A stretch of DNA of 16,152 nt, from the NCBI GenBank assembly GCA_050178385.1, contig JBFXGD010000068.1, positions 1 to 16,152 on the forward strand, in the 5' to 3' direction. The stretch's first letter is position 1. Every line of letters starts with the position of its first letter. Positions 6,968-15,504 of the stretch are shown here, in pieces. The notes under the pieces were generated by a model, which made no database searches, was not told where the DNA came from, and saw nothing but the letters and a program-made list of their open reading frames with translations. This stretch comes from Calditrichaceae bacterium (GTDB lineage Bacteria; Calditrichota; Calditrichia; Calditrichales; JBFXGD01). The position numbers and the translations under genes were made by a program.

Positions 6968-6984
6968 TGCCAATGCCGTGCCAA
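6968..6984 (-). promoter_or_regulatory. Sigma-54 (-24/-12) promoter
   Basis: Minus strand TTGGCACGGCATTGGCA: perfect TGGCACG, GG-N10-GC spacing, ending 49 nt upstream of ATG 6919. Confidence 0.75.
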
Positions 6985-7130
6985 AACCCATTACAGATTG
7001 TTTTTATTATATTTATGGATGTTATGTTTAAATGAGATATCATAATAATTCGACTTAATGGTAGATAAAAAACATTTCACGGTCGAATATTTCTGAATTA
7101 TTACATGTAAAATGGGAAAATTCATTATAA

Positions 7131-7160
7131 AAATAAAAAACCCGGCTTTGCCGGGTTTCT
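7131..7160 (-). terminator. Intrinsic terminator after rocD
   Basis: Minus strand AAACCCGGC-aaa-GCCGGGTTT-TTTATTT immediately after the stop codon at 7167. Confidence 0.85.
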
Positions 7161-7166
7161 AAATTA

Positions 7167-8372
7167 TTACGCTTCAAGCACTTTCTTTATCCGATCAAAT
7201 GCCCAGTCGATTTCTTCTTTTTTTATAATCAGCGGTGGCGCAAGACGAATAACATTTTCATGGGTTTCTTTACACAACAACCCTTCTTTCTTTAATGCCT
7301 CACAAAACGGCCTGGCTCCACCCGCGTCTTTATTGAGTTCTATCGCGATGAACAGGCCGCGTCCCCGATATTCCTTCACATGCGCACTCTTTAATGTACG
7401 CAACAATTCAAGCATATAATTACCCAATTCCGCGGATCTTGCAGGCAATTTTTCATCAACAATCACATTTAATGCTTCGCGCGCAATGGCACACGCCAGT
7501 GGATTACCGCCAAATGTGCTGCCGTGCTGTCCCGGTTTAAAGACGCTCATCACTTCTTTTTTACCCACGACAGCGGATACAGGGTAAAATCCGCCTGACA
7601 ATGCTTTGCCGATTATAACCATATCGGGTTTTTCTATATCTTCATGCTGGTACGCGAACATTTTTCCGGTTCTTCCCAAACCGGTTTGAATTTCATCAGC
7701 AACAAACAACACATTATTTTCAGCACAATATTCACTTGCACCTTTTAAATAACCTGCGGGAGGAATTTTGATACCCGCTTCGCCCTGGATCGGTTCGAAC
7801 ATAAAAGCCACCGTATTCTTATTTACCGCTTTTTTAAATGCATCCAAATCACCATAAGGCACAACAACAAAACCGGGAGTGAACGGCCCGAATCCATCCT
7901 TATAATCGTCTTCAGTTGAAAATCCCACGATTGTAGTCGTTCTTCCATGAAAATTATCGGCGCATACAATTATTTCGGCTTTCCCTTCCGGAACACCCTT
8001 GACCTTATATCCCCATTTTCTTGCCGCTTTAATGGCGGTTTCTACTGCTTCCGCGCCTGAATTCATGGGGAGCACCATATCCTGTTCACTAATTTCAGCC
8101 AGTTGTTTATAGAAATATCCGAGCTGATCATTCCGAAACGCTCTGGATGTCAGTGTTACTTTTTTTAACTGCTCCATTGCGGCATCCATAATGCGCGGAT
8201 GACAATGTCCCTGGTTCAATGCGGAATAGGCGCTGAGAAAATCCATATATTTCCGGCCTTCAACATCAGTTACCCAGACTCCTTCTGCTTTTGAAATAAC
8301 GATATCAAGCGGATGATAGTTATGCGCTCCATATTGTTCTTCAAGTGCTATATAATCCCTGGTTTGCATCAT
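7167..8372 (-). CDS. rocD: Ornithine--oxo-acid transaminase (class-III PLP aminotransferase)
   Basis: [86 protein letters not shown] and [16 protein letters not shown] motifs. SD AAGGAG at 8375-8380; the second ATG at 8369 may be the true start. Confidence 0.95.
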   Translation of the reverse strand: MMQTRDYIALEEQYGAHNYHPLDIVISKAEGVWVTDVEGRKYMDFLSAYSALNQGHCHPRIMDAAMEQLKKVTLTSRAFRNDQLGYFYKQLAEISEQDMVLPMNSGAEAVETAIKAARKWGYKVKGVPEGKAEIIVCADNFHGRTTTIVGFSTEDDYKDGFGPFTPGFVVVPYGDLDAFKKAVNKNTVAFMFEPIQGEAGIKIPPAGYLKGASEYCAENNVLFVADEIQTGLGRTGKMFAYQHEDIEKPDMVIIGKALSGGFYPVSAVVGKKEVMSVFKPGQHGSTFGGNPLACAIAREALNVIVDEKLPARSAELGNYMLELLRTLKSAHVKEYRGRGLFIAIELNKDAGGARPFCEALKKEGLLCKETHENVIRLAPPLIIKKEEIDWAFDRIKKVLEA

Positions 8373-8407
8373 TACTCCTTTATTCTTTCCCTTAATTAAT
8401 AGATTTA

Positions 8408-9124
8408 TTATGGATTTGACGGTCTAATATCAATTTCGCTGACCATTGCTCTTTGAGGCATTTTGATCATGTGTATAACACTTTCGGCCACATCTTCCGG
8501 TTTAAGTATGCTGTTTCTTTTGGGTTCAGGCGTATTATTCTCATCATTAAAAAATTCAGTATCAACACTACCCGGACAGATTGCCAGAACACGTACTCCG
8601 TTTTTGCGTTCTTCGAGCATCAGACAACGGCTGAATCCGATAACCGCGTGTTTTGTCGCCGCGTAGCCGCCACCTCCGACAAATGCATTTCGTCCGGCAA
8701 GAGACGCGATGTTCACAATAACAGATTCTCCTGATTTTCGTATATATGGCAGAGATTCTCTGGTGGTGAGAAATAAGCCGCGCACATTGATATTGAACAT
8801 TTCATCCCATTTGTCAGTAGGCATATCAGCGATACTACTAAAATATCCCAATCCGGCGTTATTAATTAAAATATCAATTCCGCCAAAGGCATCAACTGTT
8901 TTTTTAACAAAGTTTCTGATATCATCTTCCCTGCTCATGTCCCCGGTATAGTCTATGACATTCGCACCTTTATCCCTGAGCATGGCGGAAGTTTCGGATA
9001 ATCGCTCTTTACCACGGGCGGATATGGCGATTTTTGCGCCCTCCTGAGCAAGGGCAAGCGCGATGGATCTGCCAATTCCTTTGCTTGCGCCCGTAATTAA
9101 AGCGACTTTATCTATTATTTTCAT
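8408..9124 (-). CDS. Classical short-chain dehydrogenase/reductase (SDR)
   Basis: [12 protein letters not shown], catalytic Ser and [13 protein letters not shown]. Start reassigned to ATG 9124 (SD-like AAGGGGG just upstream). 35-bp gap to rocD suggests co-transcription. Confidence 0.9.
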   Translation of the reverse strand: MKIIDKVALITGASKGIGRSIALALAQEGAKIAISARGKERLSETSAMLRDKGANVIDYTGDMSREDDIRNFVKKTVDAFGGIDILINNAGLGYFSSIADMPTDKWDEMFNINVRGLFLTTRESLPYIRKSGESVIVNIASLAGRNAFVGGGGYAATKHAVIGFSRCLMLEERKNGVRVLAICPGSVDTEFFNDENNTPEPKRNSILKPEDVAESVIHMIKMPQRAMVSEIDIRPSNP

Positions 9125-9146
9125 AAATCCCCCTTTTAAAATTATA

Positions 9147-9175
9147 AATTTACTAAAAATTAACATGGTTTTCTA
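9147..9175 (-). promoter_or_regulatory. Putative sigma-70-type promoter of SDR-rocD
   Basis: Minus strand TAGAAA, 17-nt spacer, TAAATT; AT-rich context lowers specificity. Confidence 0.35.
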
Positions 9176-9307
9176 TCTTATTTATCATTATTAGACGTAA
9201 AAACAGTCACGAAAAAGATAGAAAATTATGTCTTTTAGCATGGATTAAAAAAAGAGGATGAACGTGAACCGAAAATTTTATTCAGACTGTTATTCCGGCA
9301 GATAATA

Positions 9308-9928
9308 CTATAGAATATCGGTATTCTTAAATTTATCTGGTTTTATAATTCCCCCGGAAACGACCCATTTCATACCCTCTTCCACGGAAATATTCAGCGG
9401 AATTGTTTTATTCTCGGGAACCATGATAAAGAATCCTGACGTAGGATTTATGGCAGCCAGAACCAGCACATTTAATTTTTTAACCGACTCGCCGGGAAAC
9501 ATAATTTCGCCGTTAACAAATCCTACCGACCAGATCCCTTCACCCGGATATTCCACAAACACTACCCTTTGAAAAGATTGTTTTTCTTTCTTTGAGAATG
9601 TTTCCATCAGTTGCTTTGACGCGGAATATACAACTTTCGCGATCGGGATCTTATACATCAATTTTTCACCCCAGATCAACAGCCGCCCGATTAAGATATT
9701 GCTGGTCAGAAGCCCGATGAACCAGATAAGAATAATTGTGATAACCAGTCCGATGCCAATCGGCCAGAATCCAAGAAACGGTTCTAAAACCGGCCTGATA
9801 AGATTATCGAGAGATATAAAAATTGCCTTTATTACAATAAAGGTAATCACCAGGGGCACTACGATCAGTACCCCGGAAATCAGGTAGCCTTTACTTTTAC
9901 CTTTAATTTTATAGAAAAGTTTTGTCAT
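9308..9928 (-). CDS. DUF502 family membrane protein
   Basis: Two N-terminal TM segments (GVLIVVPLVITFIVI; GIGLVITIILIWFIG), KIPIAKVVYSASKQL, FQRVVFVEYP, NPTSGFF and SVEEGMKWVVSGG. Confidence 0.9.
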   Translation of the reverse strand: MTKLFYKIKGKSKGYLISGVLIVVPLVITFIVIKAIFISLDNLIRPVLEPFLGFWPIGIGLVITIILIWFIGLLTSNILIGRLLIWGEKLMYKIPIAKVVYSASKQLMETFSKKEKQSFQRVVFVEYPGEGIWSVGFVNGEIMFPGESVKKLNVLVLAAINPTSGFFIMVPENKTIPLNISVEEGMKWVVSGGIIKPDKFKNTDIL

Positions 9929-9938
9929 AATTTCTCAC

Positions 9939-9966
9939 AAAAAAAGCCCGGCACTTGGCCGGGCTT
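9939..9966 (-). terminator. Intrinsic terminator after the large repeat-protein gene
   Basis: Minus strand AAGCCCGGC-caagt-GCCGGGCTT-TTTTT, 7 nt after the stop codon at 9974. Confidence 0.85.
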
Positions 9967-9973
9967 GGGTTGA

Positions 9974-12900
9974 TTATTCCTTATTTGGTAAATCCTGCCC
10001 AACCGGGATGGTTTCTGCAGGCTTTTCTTTAACAAATATTCTGGTTTCAATTTTAGATTCATCGGTTCCGTCACTAACCGTGACTGTGATATTGCTTTCC
10101 CCCGCCTGATCTTCGGCAGGCGTCCATTTAAATTCACCTGATTTCGAATCCAGACTGGATCCGGCCGGCATTCCGCTGGCGGAATAGGACAGGTTATCGC
10201 CATCCGGATCATCAGCGGAATAAGAGAAGGTCAGCGTTGAACCGGCTTCGGTTTCTTTTGAAGAAGGCCCGCTGATCCCGGGTTTTCTGTTCACATTATT
10301 TACCGTTATATTTACCGTCTTCGATACTGATGTTTCTCCATCTGAAACATTAAATGCCACGCTATATTTACCGGATTGATCATAACCCGGTTTCCATGTA
10401 AAAAATCTGGATGGTTTATCAAAACCAGAGCCATTAGGCAGATTATCAACGGAGTAAATCAAAGTTGTGCCCTGATCATCGTCCGCCGCTTCTACTTTAA
10501 AACTAAGCTCCTTATTTTCATCTACCGGCTTGTCATTTAATTCGGTAAATTTTGGAGGACGGTTTACGTTTTCAACCGTTATATCAACGGAAGTAATTGA
10601 TTCAGCTTTTCCGTCACTTACTTTGAAAGATACCTTATATGTTCCGGCCTGCTCAAAACCCGGTTTCCAGGTAAAAGTCTTTTCCGCCGGATCAAAGGCG
10701 CTTCCATCCGGCAAATTTGCGGCCGAATAGGTTAAAGTATTATCCGTATCTTCATCCCTGGCGTTTACCATGAATGTCAGCTCTGAATTTTCCTTAACCG
10801 TTTGCGCGGCCAAATCCTGCATAACCGGCGCGCGATTAAGATCATCTATTATTATATTGCCGGTTTTAGTATCAGATAAACCTCCGGTATCCGTTACTTT
10901 ATATTCAATACTGAATTGACCTGCCTGCAGGAAATTTGGTTTCCATGTCAACAAGCCCGATTTTGAATCAAATACCGAACCTTCCGGCAATCCTGCGGCT
11001 TCAAAAATCAGATTGCCCTGATCCTCAGCATCAGGATCATTCGCGGTCAGATTAATCACCAGCTCAGTATTTTCAATTCCCTTTACTGCCGCCACAGCCG
11101 TCAGGACAGGCGGACGATCAACATGATTAACTTTGATATCAAAAGTTTTTTCGTCGGTCAAACCGCCGGGATCTGCAGCGGTAACTTTTATCCCCGGGTA
11201 CTCACCGGATTGATCAAACCCCGGTGTCCAGGTAAATACTCCGGATATCGGATCAAACACAGCGCCATTTGGTAAATTCAAAACAGATAATTTTATTTTC
11301 CCGTTATCTTCCTTATCCGGATCAGTAAAATTGATTTTTAGTGTCCATTTCGAATTTTCATCGATAGTCTGAGGCTCCAATACAGCAAGCTGCGGAGCCC
11401 TGTTTACATGATTAACGGTAATATTGAGCGGTTTTGTCACCGCAAACTCACCATCAGCTGCCTTTAAGGTTACCGTGTAGGTTCCCGATTGCTCAAATGT
11501 CGGTATCCATTCCAAATTTAAGGTCACCGGATCAAATGACGCGCCTTTCGGTAAATTCTCAGTCGAATAAATTATTTTCCCGGCATCTTCTTTATCCGGA
11601 TCGGTTGCCGGAATAAGCGCGTACTTAAGATCCGCATTTTCATCGATAGTCTGTGCCGTCTGATCCGCAAAAACCGGTGTTCGGTTAACATGGTTAACAG
11701 TAATATTCAGATTCTTGGTTACAGATAAGCCCTGTGGATCAGTATTTGTCAAATTGATGACATAAGCGCCGGATTGTTCAAACGTCGGTGTCCATGAAAA
11801 TTCTCCCGTCGCAGAATTGAATACCGCGCCTTCGGGCATACCGGCCGCGGATAAAATCCATTTACCTGCGTCTTCCTTATCAGGATCAGAGGCCGTGGTT
11901 TTAACGGTCAGAAGCACATTTTCATTGACCGTCTTATCGGAAATATCCGCCAGGACTGGCATACGGTTGACATGATTTACAGTGATCACGGTTTTCTTTT
12001 TATCGGTCAATCGACCATCGCTTACGGTAAATTCAACCGTGTATGTGCCTGACTGTTCAAAAGTTGGCGTCCAACTGAAAGCCTGACCTTCCAGGATCGC
12101 CCCTTCCGGAAGTCCGCTGGCTGAATAGATCAGTTTACCGGTATCCTCAATATCCGGATCCGAACCGCTAAGACTGAATGTCAGAGGCGCATTTTCATCG
12201 ACAATCTTCGGTTCAAGCGCGGCAAGTACCGGCGGACGGTTTACATGTTCCACCGAAATATTCATGGTTTTACTTTCTTCCAGACCGGCCACATCTTTCA
12301 CCGTAAAAGTAATATTCTGATATTCGCCGGACTGTTCATAATCCGGTACCCAGCTAAACATAAGAGAATCCGGATTAAATTTTGAGCCTTTTGGTAAATT
12401 TGCAGCGCTGTATTTTAATTTTCCCACATCTTCTTTGTCAGGATCGCTTCCGGAAATACTAAACGTTAGCAGACTGTTTTCTTTTACAACTTTATCATTC
12501 AAATCTGCAAGAACCGGTGGACGATTAACATTTGCCACGGATATATCAACATTAATTGAATCACTCATGGCTCCGGCCTTAAAAATGAACAACAGCTTTT
12601 TATACTCGCCTGATTGATCATAAGTCGGTGTCCAGGAAAATTCTGCCGTCGCCGGATTAAATTCAGATCCCGCGGGCAGATTTTGAGCAAGATAACTCAA
12701 TTTATCCTGATCTTCTCTGTCAGGATCACTCCCGTTCAATGTAAATCTTACAGCGTTTGCTTCATTGGCAGCGATAGGCATTATTGGTTCAAGCGTTGGT
12801 TTTCTGTCAATATGACGAACAGTAATCGTCGCGCCCTCTCGCATCAATGCTCCCGGCGGATCATGAATCAGAAAATCTATGGTGTAAACTCCGGACTGCT

Positions 12901-14362
12901 CAAAAGTAGGCGTCCAGTTGAATTTCCTGGTTTTTGGATCAAAGATAGCGCCTTCGGGCAAACTTTCCGCCGTGTAGGTCAACAGTCCCTTATCTTCCTT
13001 GTCCGGATCAGATCCTTCAGGAACAACAAAGGCAAGAGGTTTATTCTCATCGATGTCATAATCGGGGATTTCCGGAATGGACGGAGGTCTGTTCACATGG
13101 ATCACATTGATAGCAAAAGTCGTTGGTGTTGTAAGTTCACTCGCTGTGCGTTCGATGACTTTAATCGTCACTCCGGGATAATCACCGGATTGTTCATAGT
13201 CCGGAGTCCATGAAAACGCGCCGCTTAATGTATCGAACACGGCGCCCTTAGGCAGATTCTCTATCTCAAAATGTATCGCGTCGCCATCGGGATCGAAAGC
13301 TTCCGCCTGTAATGCAAGAGTAACATTTTCATCGACTGTCTGATTTTCTATTTGCGTTATTACCGGCGGATGATTGTGTCTGACAATAATCGTTTTATCA
13401 TCCGCTGCGATGTATACATAAACATCGTTTTTCCATACAGCATACACCTTACCTTCAGAAACATAATCCGCTTCCTTGACCGGCTTTTTAAGATCGGTAA
13501 CATCTACAATTTCAAGTTTTCTTCTAAGTTCATTTGCAAGATATAGCGAATTACCGGCCTTATACGCGTTGTACACATAACCATCGATCGGTACCCTGGA
13601 AATTAATGAAGGAAATTTCGGATTGGTGACATTCACTATCCAGAGACCGTCGGGACCATTGGCAACATAAGCGGTACCATTGTCCACCTGGACGGTTTTT
13701 GCGTTACTCATCTGCGCGTATTGCCCGAGCCGCACCGGTAATGCAGGATTTGAAATATCCAGTATAATCAGTCCGCCGTTTTTATCAGCCACATATAATA
13801 TTGAACCATCAATGAAAAGTCCCCACGCCCAGCGCGGTGTATCATAGTTCCCGATTAGCTTAGGCGCGTTGAGATCACTGATATCATATATATTAACTCC
13901 AAGCAGTTCTTCCGCGACATATACATAAGGATACTCTGCCACGACCCAGAAAGCATCGCCTTTCGTCCGGATTCTCCCAACGGAAACGATATCGGAAGGA
14001 TTTGAAATATCCAGAATTTCAACTCCGTATAATTCTTCGGACATGTATGCGTATTTATCATGAACAAATACGTTGTGCGCACGATGCTCTGATCTGTAAA
14101 CTCCCAATTCCCGGGGATTCTCAGGACTTGTTACATCAAGAACCTGAAGTCCCGACCAGACATTCGTGACATATAAACGAAAATCTTTAAAAAAGATATT
14201 CTGAATACCATCATTTACCTGTTCTCCTGTCAGCAATTTGGCAGGTTCTTTGGAACTGATAAACTCAGCGCTGGCTTTTTGTCCATAGGTCGGATGAGTA
14301 AGAATTAAACCGAATAAAAAAACAAATAGTAGATTCCGGAACATGCGTCCTCTGGAATTCAT
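9974..14362 (-). CDS. Large exported protein: LVIVD-repeat beta-propeller plus 12 tandem putative-Ig/cadherin-like domains (adhesin-like)
   Basis: Signal-peptide-like N-terminus (MFRNLLFVFLFGLILTHPTYG). Six full and one partial LVIVD-like repeat (YVA...GLxILDISNP). From residue 330, 12 repeats of about 90-96 aa with N/D-R-x-P...EN...DPD...LP-x-G...W-T-P...Q-S-G-x-Y. SD AGGAG upstream. Confidence 0.9.
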   Translation of the reverse strand: MNSRGRMFRNLLFVFLFGLILTHPTYGQKASAEFISSKEPAKLLTGEQVNDGIQNIFFKDFRLYVTNVWSGLQVLDVTSPENPRELGVYRSEHRAHNVFVHDKYAYMSEELYGVEILDISNPSDIVSVGRIRTKGDAFWVVAEYPYVYVAEELLGVNIYDISDLNAPKLIGNYDTPRWAWGLFIDGSILYVADKNGGLIILDISNPALPVRLGQYAQMSNAKTVQVDNGTAYVANGPDGLWIVNVTNPKFPSLISRVPIDGYVYNAYKAGNSLYLANELRRKLEIVDVTDLKKPVKEADYVSEGKVYAVWKNDVYVYIAADDKTIIVRHNHPPVITQIENQTVDENVTLALQAEAFDPDGDAIHFEIENLPKGAVFDTLSGAFSWTPDYEQSGDYPGVTIKVIERTASELTTPTTFAINVIHVNRPPSIPEIPDYDIDENKPLAFVVPEGSDPDKEDKGLLTYTAESLPEGAIFDPKTRKFNWTPTFEQSGVYTIDFLIHDPPGALMREGATITVRHIDRKPTLEPIMPIAANEANAVRFTLNGSDPDREDQDKLSYLAQNLPAGSEFNPATAEFSWTPTYDQSGEYKKLLFIFKAGAMSDSINVDISVANVNRPPVLADLNDKVVKENSLLTFSISGSDPDKEDVGKLKYSAANLPKGSKFNPDSLMFSWVPDYEQSGEYQNITFTVKDVAGLEESKTMNISVEHVNRPPVLAALEPKIVDENAPLTFSLSGSDPDIEDTGKLIYSASGLPEGAILEGQAFSWTPTFEQSGTYTVEFTVSDGRLTDKKKTVITVNHVNRMPVLADISDKTVNENVLLTVKTTASDPDKEDAGKWILSAAGMPEGAVFNSATGEFSWTPTFEQSGAYVINLTNTDPQGLSVTKNLNITVNHVNRTPVFADQTAQTIDENADLKYALIPATDPDKEDAGKIIYSTENLPKGASFDPVTLNLEWIPTFEQSGTYTVTLKAADGEFAVTKPLNITVNHVNRAPQLAVLEPQTIDENSKWTLKINFTDPDKEDNGKIKLSVLNLPNGAVFDPISGVFTWTPGFDQSGEYPGIKVTAADPGGLTDEKTFDIKVNHVDRPPVLTAVAAVKGIENTELVINLTANDPDAEDQGNLIFEAAGLPEGSVFDSKSGLLTWKPNFLQAGQFSIEYKVTDTGGLSDTKTGNIIIDDLNRAPVMQDLAAQTVKENSELTFMVNARDEDTDNTLTYSAANLPDGSAFDPAEKTFTWKPGFEQAGTYKVSFKVSDGKAESITSVDITVENVNRPPKFTELNDKPVDENKELSFKVEAADDDQGTTLIYSVDNLPNGSGFDKPSRFFTWKPGYDQSGKYSVAFNVSDGETSVSKTVNITVNNVNRKPGISGPSSKETEAGSTLTFSYSADDPDGDNLSYSASGMPAGSSLDSKSGEFKWTPAEDQAGESNITVTVSDGTDESKIETRIFVKEKPAETIPVGQDLPNKE
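10022..13375 (-). repeat. Twelve diverged ~280-nt coding repeats (Ig/cadherin-like domains)
   Basis: Repeat starts read from the translation: NHPP, NRPP, DRKP, NRPP, NRPP, NRMP, NRTP, NRAP, DRPP, NRAP, NRPP, NRKP. Confidence 0.9.
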
Positions 14363-14430
14363 GGCGTGCTCCTATTTGTGGTATGCTTCAATGCATAATT
14401 AATTGAGAATCAATGATTTAAAATCGCGAT

Positions 14431-14459
14431 AATTTACCTTTACCTGTTCAGAAAATCAA
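14431..14459 (-). promoter_or_regulatory. Putative sigma-70-type promoter of the large repeat-protein gene
   Basis: Minus strand TTGATT, 17-nt spacer, TAAATT, about 70 nt upstream of ATG 14362. Confidence 0.5.
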
Positions 14460-14743
14460 GCTGTATTGTCAAATGGGATTCTTCACAAGTCCTATACTCG
14501 GCGATACAATTCGTTTTCTTTAATAATTAAATAATTTCCATTATGATATACCCCATATCTTGTTTTGGTGATTTTTAATCGATTTTACATCAATTTTCCT
14601 GCCAAAATCCGGGTGCCTTTTTTATACAATACTACCCTGCAAATCCTGGCTAATGAAACCCGCAATTGTGCAAAAATTTCCCATCTTTTCTGTGTTATTC
14701 CCGTCAGGATGAATATGTTTACCGATTAAAGTGAATCCATGAA

Positions 14744-14759
14744 TGGCCCGAGAATTGCA
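14744..14759 (+). promoter_or_regulatory. Sigma-54 (-24/-12) promoter
   Basis: TGGCCCGAGAATTGCA: one mismatch to TGGCACG-N4-TTGCW, correct GG-N10-GC spacing, 35 nt upstream of ATG 14795. Confidence 0.75.
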
Positions 14760-14794
14760 TACTTTATTCAGAAAACATTTTAGACAGGTATGAT

Positions 14795-15493
14795 ATGCGA
14801 AACTATATATTAATTCTAATATTATTAATTCTTACACTTGATACCAATTATGGCGGTGACATTGATAAATCCGGTCCAAACCGATTTCTCATTGGTTTTG
14901 AAAAACGGATCGATACCACTGCCAGAAAAGCCTTACTCGATCGCTATCAGGGTAAGATTATTAAAGAAGTAAATGGATTTTCATTTCCTGTTTATTTAGT
15001 CGAAATAAATCGCGGTTCAAGAGCTGACATTAATCCTGCTGATATACTTGATCAACTTGAATGCGAAAGCGGAATAATGTATGTCTCCATACAGGAAAAT
15101 AATAGCGGTGAAAAAGAAGTGCCGGAGGGATTTCCTTCCAATCCGCAGAGGCAGGGGGATTTCAGGATTACAAAGCCTCAATCATCCAAATATGCGTCAA
15201 ATTTCAAACCGCAGACGGCTAACTCCTATGAAGAAGTCATTTCGCATCATCTTCCTGAATTGCGCCATGTTGCCGTCCAATCCGGGCCTCATGAAAAATC
15301 AGATAAATATAATACCGTATTTGAAATTAGCCTCGATAAAAAAGGCATTGTTACATACGTGCGCATAGTTAAGAGCAACATTAGCGATGCCGGGCTTAGA
15401 AAAAAACTTCGTGAATTCATCTACAGCTGGAATGATTTTCCTGAAAGAACAGCTCCTGAGACGTTAAAAGTTACATTTAAATTTGAAATCTAA
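14795..15493 (+). CDS. Exported hypothetical protein: subtilase-prodomain-like N-terminal domain plus TonB-C/AgmX-PglI-like C-terminal domain
   Basis: Hydrophobic N-terminus MRNYILILILLILTL. PNRFLIGF...RKALLDRYQGKIIKE...VYLVEI...ILDQL..ESGIMYVS resembles S8 propeptides. YEEVISHHLPELR...VFEISLDKKGIVTYVRIVKSNISD..L...IYSWNDFP...VTFKF resembles TonB-C/AgmX domains. Pattern recognition only. Confidence 0.6.
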   Translation: MRNYILILILLILTLDTNYGGDIDKSGPNRFLIGFEKRIDTTARKALLDRYQGKIIKEVNGFSFPVYLVEINRGSRADINPADILDQLECESGIMYVSIQENNSGEKEVPEGFPSNPQRQGDFRITKPQSSKYASNFKPQTANSYEEVISHHLPELRHVAVQSGPHEKSDKYNTVFEISLDKKGIVTYVRIVKSNISDAGLRKKLREFIYSWNDFPERTAPETLKVTFKFEI

Positions 15494-15504
15494 CTCTACC
15501 AAAG

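Noticed and set aside
6920..6991. N-terminal extension of the 197-aa ORF call
   Set aside because: The sigma-54 promoter and the SD lie within it, and the signal peptide begins at ATG 6919.
9125..9166. N-terminal extension of the SDR ORF call
   Set aside because: An SD-like sequence precedes ATG 9124, and [12 protein letters not shown] is a normal SDR start.
6469..10212. Shadow ORFs 6469-6684, 8453-8734, 8463-8666, 8709-8951, 9699-9887 and 9925-10212
   Set aside because: Overlap confident genes in other frames or strands; 9925-10212 also runs through a terminator.
10022..13375. Diversity-generating retroelement or recombination cassette suggested by the coding repeats
   Set aside because: The repeats are highly diverged at DNA level, with no adenine-specific template/variable pair and no reverse transcriptase or recombinase in the window.
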